Positions 32,462 through 40,533 of a DNA stretch of 64,000 nucleotides are shown in pieces (position 1 is the first letter of the stretch; the number at the start of each line of letters is the position of its first letter). Both the position numbers and the translations under genes were made by a program. Under the pieces are notes generated by a model that was not told where the DNA came from, made no database searches, and saw only the letters and a list, made by a program, of their open reading frames with translations. Source of the stretch: Candidatus Krumholzibacteriia bacterium (lineage in GTDB: Bacteria > Krumholzibacteriota > Krumholzibacteriia > LZORAL124-64-63); NCBI GenBank assembly GCA_036351155.1, contig JAZBOO010000099.1:947-64946 (forward strand), read 5' to 3'.

Positions 32462-33229
32462 CTAGTTGTCGGCGGGCTCGGCCTCAGCTGGCTGGGCCCG
32501 CTCCAGCAGGAACTGACGCATCTGCCCCAGCAAGCAGGCATTGGCCCGCTTGACGGCCTTGGTCAGGTGCTCGTCCACGAACCGCTGATCCTGGCGACTG
32601 GTGGCCGCCGCATAGATGCGATCCTCGTACTCTCCCAGGCAGGACTTGCTCCAGAGCAAATTCCCCGTGCGATCCTTCAACGTCAGGCGCACCTCGGCCT
32701 CGGCCCGATTCCGGCTGGGCATGGGCACCGCCACCACGGCCACCGCGCCCAGCACGGCGCCCAGCTTGGCGCGATCGGACCCATCCTCACCCAGGGCCAG
32801 TCCCATGGCCCCACCGATCAGGGCGGGAATGAAAAAAGACCCCGCCGTGCGTTCGAACCGACATCCCATGGAAAGAATATCAGCCGACAGCACGTAGTCG
32901 GCCTGCCCGCGCAGCGGCACCAGCTGAACCAGATTGGTTTGCTCGGTGTCCTGGGCCAGAGCCTCGGCGTAGACCTGGGCCACGGGGCGGTCCCAGGATC
33001 TGTCGGCGGGATAGTCGATCCCCAGGAACTTTCCGCCGCCCTGCCGTTGATTGAGGGGACGCATGTCGGTCACGCTGTCGATGTAGACCGAGGGGGTCCG
33101 GATATTGGCCAGCCGAAAATCGATCTCCTCGCCCGGGTAGTTGAACACGATCTTCTCCCCCGAGCAGGCGCCCAGCAGGAGCAGAACGGGAAGGAGCAAG
33201 AGGATCCGGAAACGGGAGTCGGTCATCAT
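32462..33229 (-). CDS. Lipoprotein of unknown function
   Basis: 255 aa. Signal with lipobox (LLLLPVLLLLGACSG). SD AAAGGAC upstream. No recognisable catalytic motif. Confidence 0.5.
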   Translation of the reverse strand: MMTDSRFRILLLLPVLLLLGACSGEKIVFNYPGEEIDFRLANIRTPSVYIDSVTDMRPLNQRQGGGKFLGIDYPADRSWDRPVAQVYAEALAQDTEQTNLVQLVPLRGQADYVLSADILSMGCRFERTAGSFFIPALIGGAMGLALGEDGSDRAKLGAVLGAVAVVAVPMPSRNRAEAEVRLTLKDRTGNLLWSKSCLGEYEDRIYAAATSRQDQRFVDEHLTKAVKRANACLLGQMRQFLLERAQPAEAEPADN

Positions 33230-33293
33230 GATCAGTCCTTTGGACTTGTGCGTGCACGCCAGTTCAATTTCTCCAACCCGGGTCAGCTTAAAA

Positions 33294-34091
33294 TTAGGGT
33301 ATGACCGCTTTCAAGGCCAGTCCTGGTCGCAATCCCAGGCGCCGGGCCGCGCTTTCGCCGCGGCAGGCAATTTCCAGTGTGCCGGCACTTCCCCAGTACC
33401 AGAACGGTTCCCCCGGAGAACCTTCGCTGTAGCTGATGAGGGGGCCGGGCACCCTGTATCCCCCCACTTCAACCGGAAGGCCTTGATCCAGTTGCTGTCC
33501 GGTGGCTCCCAGGCGTGGCAGGTCGGTGATGGCGTTGCCGAAGCGATCGATCCAGCGGATGGTGAAGGCCTGGCCAGTATTTTGAGGGCTGTCCAGGCGA
33601 CCCAGCAATGCGGTCTCACACGGGTTCCCCACTTGATCCAGTGGAACCCCGCAGGCCAGTTGGGCCGCCACCGGCGCAAAGATATCCCGGCCGTGGAAGG
33701 TGGTGGAAACACCATGGGCGCTGTGGTAAAGGGGGTTATCCAGTACCACGACCTCCGTGACCTCCGCGGCCAGAAAAGCAAACAAGCCGTTGCCAGGCCC
33801 CACGAAGAACTGACCTCGGGCCGCCACCGCCAGGGGCGCGCGGGCGCTCCCCACTCCGGGATCCACCACGGCCAGGTGCACGGTGCCCCGCGGGAAGCGG
33901 TGATGGACGCGTTCCAGGAACCAGGCCGCAGCAGCCACATCACCGGGAGGAATATCATGTCCGAGGTCCTGGGTCCGGGGGAAGGTTGTCCCCTCGGGCC
34001 AGCGGGCCCATTGCTCATCCAGGGCCGCCTTCATCTCGGCTAGCCAGGGATCGCTCCAGCCGAAATCCGTCAGGAGGGTGACCACGGACAT
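33294..34091 (-). CDS. S-adenosyl-L-methionine hydroxide adenosyltransferase (DUF62 / SAM hydrolase family)
   Basis: Track ORF 33294..34223. The real start is the internal ATG 34091 (MSVVTLLTDFGWSDPWLAEMKAAL), 3 nt after the nhaC stop. Conserved LLTDFG and HLAVVDPGVGSARAPL blocks of the fluorinase/chlorinase-like SAM hydrolase fold. Confidence 0.8.
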   Translation of the reverse strand: MSVVTLLTDFGWSDPWLAEMKAALDEQWARWPEGTTFPRTQDLGHDIPPGDVAAAAWFLERVHHRFPRGTVHLAVVDPGVGSARAPLAVAARGQFFVGPGNGLFAFLAAEVTEVVVLDNPLYHSAHGVSTTFHGRDIFAPVAAQLACGVPLDQVGNPCETALLGRLDSPQNTGQAFTIRWIDRFGNAITDLPRLGATGQQLDQGLPVEVGGYRVPGPLISYSEGSPGEPFWYWGSAGTLEIACRGESAARRLGLRPGLALKAVIP

Positions 34092-34093
34092 GG

Positions 34094-35707
34094 TTACTCC
34101 TGCCCGACATGGTGGGCGTGCGGACGGCTTCCCACCTTGAAAACCAGAAGGCCCACCCCAGCAGCCCCCAGGATCAACGACACCCAGGGCGACACCCCGA
34201 AACCCGCCGGCAAATAACCACAAAGCATGGCCACCCCGGCCACCGCCAGTGCGTAGGGCATCTGGGTACGCACATGGTCCACATGGTCACATCCCGAGGC
34301 CAGGCTGGACATGATGGTGGTATCGCTGATGGGAGAACAGTGATCACCCCACACCGCACCGGCCAGCACCGCGCTGACGGAAGCCAGATGAATGGCGGCC
34401 GCGATTTCCGGCGACAATCCCGCCGCCGCGGGCAACTGGATGCCCATGGGAAAGACCAGCGGCATGAGGATGGCCATGGTGCCCCAGCTGGTACCGGTGG
34501 CAAAGCTGATCGCCGCAGCCAGAACAAAAACCACCGCGGGCAACAGCCGCGCCGACAGGATCTGCTGACTGACGGCCACCAGATAGTCGGCCGTGTTCAG
34601 CTCCTCGCACACCGCGCTCAGCGACCAGGCCAGAATCAGGATGGTGATGGCGATCAGCATGCTCTTGCAGCCGTCAACGAAGCCGTCCAGGGCCTCGGCC
34701 AGGCTGAGGCGCCGAGCTCCCACCGCCAGCAGAATGGCCAGCACCGCCCCCACCAGGGCAGCCCAGGTGAGCACCGCGAAGCTGTCGGCGTTGTTGAGGA
34801 TCTCTCGGAGCGTGGGCGCTGCAAGTCCCGACGCCAGAGCGGTTTGCCGGCCTCCGAGATACAGCCCCAGCGCAGTGGTCAAGATCACGGCCAGGATGGG
34901 AAAACCGGCCAGCGCCGGATGCGCGGCCCCGGTGGTTTGCGGTCCAAATCGTTCGGTGTCGCCCAGCTGGTTCACCGGCGCATCGCTGGCCGGGCGCGAC
35001 CCTGGGCGCAGAACAAGCCCCTCCTCCACGGCCCTTTTTTCCGCCTTGAGCATGGGGCCGAAATCCCGGCCACTGGCGGCCACCAGGTAAACGAACAGGA
35101 GCATCAGCAAGGGATAAAAACTGTAAGGGATGCTTCGCAGAAAGAAGGTGTAGGCCTCCCCCCCATCACCCTGAAGCTTGACCATGGCATCCTGAAGCAA
35201 ACCGACCTCGAAGCCCACCCAGGTGGAGATGATCGCCACCGTGGTCACGGGTGCGGCGGTGCTGTCGACCAGCCAGGCCAGCTTTTCCCGGCTGATGCGC
35301 AGGCGGTCGGTCAATGGGCGCATGGTCGAGCCCACCAGGAGGGTGTTGGCGTAGTCGTCGAAAAAAATCAGGGTGCCCATGACCGTGGTGCTGGTCATGC
35401 CGCCGCGCCGCCCTCTCACGTGGCCACTCAACCAGTGCACGATGCCTTCGGTGGCGCCGCTGCGGGACAGGACGCCCACCATGCCGCCCAGGATGGTGGA
35501 AAACAGGATAATCGCGGCATGGGAGGCATCGGCCACGGCTCCGACCAGATACCTGTCGCCAATGCGCAGAAAGGCCGTGGCAGGATTCCCTTCCACGAGG
35601 GTGCCGCCCAGCCAGATCCCCAGCACCAGGGCCACGATGACCTGCCGGGTGATCAGTGCCAGGGTGATGGCCAGCAAGGGAGGCAGAACCGAAAGCCAGG
35701 AGTCCAT
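34094..35707 (-). CDS. nhaC: NhaC-family Na+/H+ antiporter
   Basis: 537 aa polytopic membrane protein. N-terminus MDSWLSVLPPLLAITLALITRQVIVALVLGIWLGGTL matches the NhaC start pattern. Its start overlaps the cutA stop (ATGA). Confidence 0.6.
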   Translation of the reverse strand: MDSWLSVLPPLLAITLALITRQVIVALVLGIWLGGTLVEGNPATAFLRIGDRYLVGAVADASHAAIILFSTILGGMVGVLSRSGATEGIVHWLSGHVRGRRGGMTSTTVMGTLIFFDDYANTLLVGSTMRPLTDRLRISREKLAWLVDSTAAPVTTVAIISTWVGFEVGLLQDAMVKLQGDGGEAYTFFLRSIPYSFYPLLMLLFVYLVAASGRDFGPMLKAEKRAVEEGLVLRPGSRPASDAPVNQLGDTERFGPQTTGAAHPALAGFPILAVILTTALGLYLGGRQTALASGLAAPTLREILNNADSFAVLTWAALVGAVLAILLAVGARRLSLAEALDGFVDGCKSMLIAITILILAWSLSAVCEELNTADYLVAVSQQILSARLLPAVVFVLAAAISFATGTSWGTMAILMPLVFPMGIQLPAAAGLSPEIAAAIHLASVSAVLAGAVWGDHCSPISDTTIMSSLASGCDHVDHVRTQMPYALAVAGVAMLCGYLPAGFGVSPWVSLILGAAGVGLLVFKVGSRPHAHHVGQE

Positions 35708-36030
35708 CAGGTGTCCCCGCCTTCGGCCCAGCGGGCATAGGAGGAACTGACGTGGTCGGCCGTCCAGCCGATCATCTGCGGCACATCGTAGGGGTGCTTC
35801 AGTTCCAGTTCACCGCAGAACAGGGGAAAGCGGCTGGCCAGGACCTTGAAGGTCACGGCCACCTCGGAGTCCTTCTGCACGGCTCCCTCCCAGCGGTAGT
35901 AAGAAGTCAGATCGGCTCCCACCTGGGCACACACGGCCAGGCCGGCATCGACCAGATGGTGGGCCGTCTTCTCGGCGATGGCCCGGTCGGGAAAGGTGCT
36001 CGTCAGGATCATCAGCTTGTCGTCACTCAT
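35707..36030 (-). CDS. cutA: Divalent-cation tolerance protein CutA
   Basis: 107 aa; ...FKVLASRFPLFCGELELKHPYDVPQMIGW (HPYxVPE signature). Its start overlaps the IMPase stop (ATGA). Confidence 0.8.
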   Translation of the reverse strand: MSDDKLMILTSTFPDRAIAEKTAHHLVDAGLAVCAQVGADLTSYYRWEGAVQKDSEVAVTFKVLASRFPLFCGELELKHPYDVPQMIGWTADHVSSSYARWAEGGDT

Positions 36031-36851
36031 GGGGTTCCGTCCGATCCGCCTGCTGCCAGCAGGTCCACCATCACCTCGTGCAGCCCGGGAGCCGCCGCCA
36101 GGATGGTTTCAAAATGCAACCGCCGCGACTGCCCCGAAAAATCCGACACGAGGGCGCCGGCCTCGCGAGCGATCAGGGTCCCGGCGGCCGAGTCCCAGGG
36201 GCGCAGGCTGTATTCCCAGTAGCCGTCCAGCTTCCCGGCAGCCACATGGACCAGGTCCAGGGCCGCACTGCCGCCGCGGCGCACTCCATGGCATTTGGCC
36301 TTGAGGAAACGGGCCACGTGACCGGTGTTCCTGTCCACCAGCTCATCTCTCACATAGGGAAAACCGGTGGCCAGGAGGGCCTGTTGCAGCTGAACCGGTT
36401 GCCGCTTTTCCAGAGGAAGACTGACTCCGTGGCGAGGCCGGATCACCACCGCACCTCCCTGATCGTGAGCCAGGTAGAGCTCGTCCAGGTAGGGAGCAAA
36501 GACCGCGCCCAGCAGGAGCTTCTCGTCACTGGCACAGGCCACCGAGACCGAGAAGAAGGGATAGCCGTGGGCATAGTTTGTGGTCCCATCGAGGGGATCG
36601 ATGTACCAGGTGCGCCCACTGGAGCCGGCGGCCTCGCCGGATTCCTCGGCCAGAAACTGATCCTGCGGAAAATGGTGCTGGAGGCCTTCAAGGAGGAACT
36701 CCTCCACTCGGCCGTCCAGGTCGGTGATCAGCTCGGTGGCCCGCTTGGTTGCGATGGGGCCCACCTGACCCATGCTGTCCAGCAGCATGCTGCCGGCGGC
36801 GGTGACCAGTTCCTGGACCACGAAAAGTTCTTCAGCCAGTTGTTCGGACAT
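36027..36851 (-). CDS. Inositol monophosphatase family protein (SuhB/IMPase-like)
   Basis: Track ORF 36027..37097. The start is reassigned to the internal ATG ~36851 (MSEQLAEELFVVQELVTAAG) by frame counting. IMPase motifs WYIDPLDGTTNYAHGYPFFSVSVA and WDSAAGTLIAREAGA. Confidence 0.8.
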   Translation of the reverse strand: MSEQLAEELFVVQELVTAAGSMLLDSMGQVGPIATKRATELITDLDGRVEEFLLEGLQHHFPQDQFLAEESGEAAGSSGRTWYIDPLDGTTNYAHGYPFFSVSVACASDEKLLLGAVFAPYLDELYLAHDQGGAVVIRPRHGVSLPLEKRQPVQLQQALLATGFPYVRDELVDRNTGHVARFLKAKCHGVRRGGSAALDLVHVAAGKLDGYWEYSLRPWDSAAGTLIAREAGALVSDFSGQSRRLHFETILAAAPGLHEVMVDLLAAGGSDGTP

Positions 36852-37020
36852 GGTGCGTTGACGCTCCCGGGATTGAGGGAAGTGGCCGGATGAGGGCATC
36901 TTAGCCCACCGCTTCGTCGGGGACAACAACCGGTTGCCGGGGTTGACAACTTCCGCCATTGCCTTAGCTTTGGAGGCAAGAAGACAGGTGGTCAGACAAA
37001 CCCGTTCAAGAGGTATGGTC

Positions 37021-37239
37021 ATGAAGGAAAAGATTCTGGAAGTCCTGGACGAGATTCGCCCCGCGCTGCAGGCCGACGGCGGCGATGTCGAGTTCATCGA
37101 TTACAACGACGGCGTCGTCCATGTGCGCATGCAGGGTGCCTGCGGCAGTTGCCCCATGAGCCTGATGACTCTCAAGCAGGGCATCGAGGCCCGCATGAAG
37201 GCCAGGATTCCCGAGGTCAAGTCCGTCGAGCAGATCTAG
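37021..37239 (+). CDS. Nfu/NifU-like iron-sulfur cluster scaffold domain protein
   Basis: 73 aa from the ATG at 37021 (SD AAGAGG 8 nt upstream). MKEKILEVLDEIRPALQADGGDVEFI...MQGACGSCPMS is the NifU C-terminal CxxC domain. Confidence 0.75.
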   Translation: MKEKILEVLDEIRPALQADGGDVEFIDYNDGVVHVRMQGACGSCPMSLMTLKQGIEARMKARIPEVKSVEQI

Positions 37240-37259
37240 CAGAGGCCCCATCGAGACCA

Positions 37260-37290
37260 CGCCGAGAGGTTCTTCCTCTCGGCGTTTTTT
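37260..37290 (+). terminator. Rho-independent terminator downstream of the nfu-like gene
   Basis: CGCCGAGAGG-ttctt-CCTCTCGGCG 10-bp perfect stem followed by TTTTTT. Starts 20 nt after the TAG at 37237..37239. Confidence 0.85.
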
Positions 37291-37303
37291 ACGGGAGGCG
37301 TGA

Positions 37304-37546
37304 ATGTTCTTCATCTTCGGCTGGGGTGTGCCCCGCGTCACCGACCACGGGCCGGCCGAAACCCGCCAGTGTCCCCACTGTCACAACGAACGCCCGTGGC
37401 ATCTGCAGGAAAACAGCAGCTGGATCACGTTGTTTTTCCTGCCCGTCTGGCGCACGTCGCACAGTTTCAGCATCGTTTGCCCCATCTGCAACTTCGGTTA
37501 CGAGTTGACCGATGGAGATCTGGAGCGGTATTTCCCGGGTCAGTGA
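37304..37546 (+). CDS. Small zinc-ribbon membrane-associated protein
   Basis: 80 aa MFFIFGWGVPRVTDHGPAETRQCPHCHNERPWHLQEN...SIVCPICNFGYELTDGDLERYF. Two CxxC pairs around a hydrophobic hairpin. SD GGGAGG 6 nt upstream. Its last 7 nt overlap the convergent isochorismatase gene. Confidence 0.5.
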   Translation: MFFIFGWGVPRVTDHGPAETRQCPHCHNERPWHLQENSSWITLFFLPVWRTSHSFSIVCPICNFGYELTDGDLERYFPGQ

Positions 37547-38127
37547 TGGGCCAGCCACGCATCCAGGTCCATCACCTTGGCGTATGACCGCAAGGTGGTG
37601 AGGGTGGACAGGTGCACATCGGGGGCGGCCACCGTGCGGTTGCCGTACTTGAGATCGCGGGTGGCACAGGCATCCTGCACCACCACGCAGTCGAAACCCA
37701 GATCACTGGCCGCGCGCACCGCTCCCTCCAGGCACATATGGGTTTGCATGCCCACCAGCACCAGATCGGTCACCCTCTCCTCTTCCAGGAATTTACCCAG
37801 CCCCGTGTTCAGGAAGGCGTTGACCTCGTCCTTCATGAAGATCCGCTCACCCGGTTCCGGAGCCACCTCGGCGTGAAAACCTGCTCCCTGGGCTGCCTCG
37901 TGTCCCACGTGGACCACCAGATCGCCGGACTTGCGGAACTCCTGTAACACGCGACCGGCACGACGCGCCGCCAGGTCGGCATCGACCAGGGGCATGGCCC
38001 CCCCCGGGAAGTAGAAATCCTGGATATCGATGATGACCAGGGCGGTCCGGCCGGGTGGGGTACCCTGGGCGGCCACAGAGCCACCCAGGATCAGCAGGAC
38101 CAGAAGCACAAACGCGCCAAGCCTCAT
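37540..38127 (-). CDS. Isochorismatase-family cysteine hydrolase with N-terminal signal peptide
   Basis: 195 aa. Signal MRLGAFVLLVLLILGGSVAAQG. Family blocks TALVIIDIQDFYF (catalytic Asp) and VGMQTHMCLEGAVRAASDLGF (catalytic Cys). Starts 1 nt after the MmgE/PrpD stop. Confidence 0.75.
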   Translation of the reverse strand: MRLGAFVLLVLLILGGSVAAQGTPPGRTALVIIDIQDFYFPGGAMPLVDADLAARRAGRVLQEFRKSGDLVVHVGHEAAQGAGFHAEVAPEPGERIFMKDEVNAFLNTGLGKFLEEERVTDLVLVGMQTHMCLEGAVRAASDLGFDCVVVQDACATRDLKYGNRTVAAPDVHLSTLTTLRSYAKVMDLDAWLAHH

Positions 38128-38128
38128 G

Positions 38129-39496
38129 TCAAACCACCAGCAGTTTCATGTACTGACCCACATCGGGACAGGTGTCGAAATCCCAGGTGGCCTGGATGAT
38201 GGCATCCTGACGAGCGGTGTCCAGCACCCCGGAACAGTTGGCCCGGAACTTGGCCACCAGCTCATCGTCACTCAGGGGATTCTGGGGGCTGCCCTTCGCG
38301 TGGTCCACGACCTCCACGAACTGTCGACCGTCATTGGTGTCGATGGTCGCGATGGCCCGCTTGGTGCCGGGGAACATGTCGTCGATCTCGTCGTTGGCCA
38401 CCACTTCGATCTTGCCCAGCAAGGTGCGGATGCGGGGATCGAACAGCTTCTCATCGCTGAAGCTGCTGGGGTAAACACCGCCATCGGCCGCCGCAGCCGC
38501 CAGACAGTAAGGCAAGCTGTGGTCGGCCGTTTCCTTGGTCTGGGGATCGTACTTGGTGGGGTCGCTCAGGATGTCCGCGCCCCGGGCCGTGGTCTGGATG
38601 TGGATCTTTTTCAGGTCCTCGGCCACCAGCCCGTTCTTCTGCATGATGTTCAACACCGCGCTCATGGGCTGATGGGTGAGCGCCTCGGTGGGGAACGCCT
38701 TGTACCCGCAGTCGGTGATCATGAACCGCGTGCCCAGACCATCCAGCAGGACCTCGGGCAGCAGCTTCACGTTGTGCAGAACGTGCTGGAAGCCCTCCTT
38801 GCCCTCGATGACCTCCACGGGGCCCTCGTATCCTTCGCGAGCCATCATGGCCGCCAGCACGCCCGCCTGGGTGGCCAGAGGATCGGCGGTGTTCTTCATG
38901 TTGGTCAAATGGCCGGCCACCACGCCCCCCAGAGTGTAGTGACTGCTGCCGCTGATGCCCGCGGCGGCCACCATCTGGTCGGTGTTCAGCCCGTAGATCC
39001 GGCCGGCCACGAAGGGGCTGACCAGCTGGGTCAAGGTGGCGTGGTGCCAGCCCACCTCACGTACACCGGGGAAGCAGGCCAGACACCAGCGCAGCTCCAG
39101 CTCGTAGGCGATCATGATGGCCACCAGGGTTTCACGCCCGTCCTTCTTCAGGGCCTCCGCCGGGCTGATGGCCCCGAAGATGATATCCGAGGGATGGCTC
39201 GGGTCCTGCTCCCAGAAGATGTCGTTGTAATCCAGGGCCCTGACCAGCAGCGAGTTCATCAACGCCGCGTTGGGCGCATTGGTCCGGTGGCCGTTGCCGA
39301 TCAAGGTGGACTCGGGCACGCCACCCAGCTTCTCGGTGAAGCGGTACATGGCGGCCATATCCTCGTTGCCCACCGCGGCCATGGCGCATCCCACGCTGTC
39401 CAGCAGGAATCGCTTGGCTTCCTTGAGAGAGACGGCAGGAATGTCTTCATACTTGAGATTGATGGCGAATTCGGCCATTTGACGGGTCAAGCTCAT
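38129..39496 (-). CDS. MmgE/PrpD-family protein (2-methylcitrate dehydratase-like)
   Basis: 455 aa. MSLTRQMAEFAINLKYEDIPAVSLKEAKRFLLDSVGCAMAA is the characteristic MmgE/PrpD N-terminus; length and conservation are consistent throughout. Confidence 0.75.
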   Translation of the reverse strand: MSLTRQMAEFAINLKYEDIPAVSLKEAKRFLLDSVGCAMAAVGNEDMAAMYRFTEKLGGVPESTLIGNGHRTNAPNAALMNSLLVRALDYNDIFWEQDPSHPSDIIFGAISPAEALKKDGRETLVAIMIAYELELRWCLACFPGVREVGWHHATLTQLVSPFVAGRIYGLNTDQMVAAAGISGSSHYTLGGVVAGHLTNMKNTADPLATQAGVLAAMMAREGYEGPVEVIEGKEGFQHVLHNVKLLPEVLLDGLGTRFMITDCGYKAFPTEALTHQPMSAVLNIMQKNGLVAEDLKKIHIQTTARGADILSDPTKYDPQTKETADHSLPYCLAAAAADGGVYPSSFSDEKLFDPRIRTLLGKIEVVANDEIDDMFPGTKRAIATIDTNDGRQFVEVVDHAKGSPQNPLSDDELVAKFRANCSGVLDTARQDAIIQATWDFDTCPDVGQYMKLLVV

Positions 39497-39660
39497 GATC
39501 GTTTAGCCTTTGCTGACGGTGAATGGGAAGGCCCCGGGTTCCTGATAGATGCCGACAGGATATAGAACCCCTCCCACCTTGGCCATAAAAAAGCCGACCG
39601 AAGTCCTGGGGCGTGGTAGCATGCCGTGTCCTTCCTTTTCCGACTTCCGAAAGGCACTTC

Positions 39661-40533
39661 ATGACCCGGACCGCCTACCTCATTGACGGCATGGCCTATG
39701 TTTTCCGCAGCTTCTTTGGCATGCGCCCCATGTCATCCCCTGACGGCACCCCCATCAACGCCGTCTTCGGCCTGGGCATGACCTTGCAGCGCTTTCTGCA
39801 TGAGCACCAGCCAGAGCTGGTGGGCTGCTGTTTCGACGCCGGAAGTCAGACCTTTCGGAACACCATCTACCCCGACTACAAGGCCAACCGCGGCGCCCCG
39901 CCCGAGGAGTTGATCCCCCAGTTCGACATTTGCCGCGAGCTGGTGGCCAAGATGGGCATTGCCACCTTCACCCACCCCGGCTGGGAAGCCGACGATCTGA
40001 TCGCCACCTGGACCCGGCTACTGGTGGACACCGGGCACGAAGTGGTGATCGTGACCGGTGACAAGGACCTGGCCCAGCTGATCTGCCCGCAGGTCAAGAT
40101 CTACGATCTGGCCCGCGACGACTGGTGGGACGAGGAAAGAGTCCCCCTGAAGATGGGCGTGACCGCCGACAAGGTGTGTGACCTGCTGGCCCTGACCGGC
40201 GATGCGGTGGACAATATCCCCGGTGTCCGAGGAATCGGCCCCAAGGCCGCCACGGCGTTGCTGGAGAATTTCCGGGATCTGGATGACATCTACGCGAACC
40301 TGGAGGGTGTGGGTGAGCTGCCCATCAGAGGCGCCAAGGGCTTGCGCAAGAAGCTCGAAGATGGGCAGGACAATGCCCGGTTGAGTCGACAGCTGGTCCA
40401 GCTCGACCATGAGGCCCCTTGCCAGGGTCAGGCCGCAGATCTGGCCTATTCAGGAGCCGACAGCTCCGACCTGGAGGCCTTTGCCGATCTCTGGGGTCTG
40501 GGCCGGGTGGCCAGCAGGATTCCGCGGCGTTAG
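39661..40533 (+). CDS. Stand-alone 5'-3' exonuclease / flap endonuclease (Pol I N-terminal domain homolog)
   Basis: Start at the internal ATG 39661 (MTRTAYLIDGMAYVFRSFFG). 5'-nuclease motifs DxxxD-rich (VVIVTGDKDLAQL) and H3TH (LTGDAVDNIPGVRGIGPKAATALL). Its 3' end overlaps the convergent ALDH gene by 4 nt. Confidence 0.75.
   Translation: MTRTAYLIDGMAYVFRSFFGMRPMSSPDGTPINAVFGLGMTLQRFLHEHQPELVGCCFDAGSQTFRNTIYPDYKANRGAPPEELIPQFDICRELVAKMGIATFTHPGWEADDLIATWTRLLVDTGHEVVIVTGDKDLAQLICPQVKIYDLARDDWWDEERVPLKMGVTADKVCDLLALTGDAVDNIPGVRGIGPKAATALLENFRDLDDIYANLEGVGELPIRGAKGLRKKLEDGQDNARLSRQLVQLDHEAPCQGQAADLAYSGADSSDLEAFADLWGLGRVASRIPRR

Noticed and set aside
33311-34018. 235-aa alternative-frame ORF overlapping the DUF62 SAM hydrolase gene
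   Set aside because: Same-strand frame shadow. The DUF62 frame carries the conserved LLTDFG and VDPGVG blocks, and the alternative frame has none.
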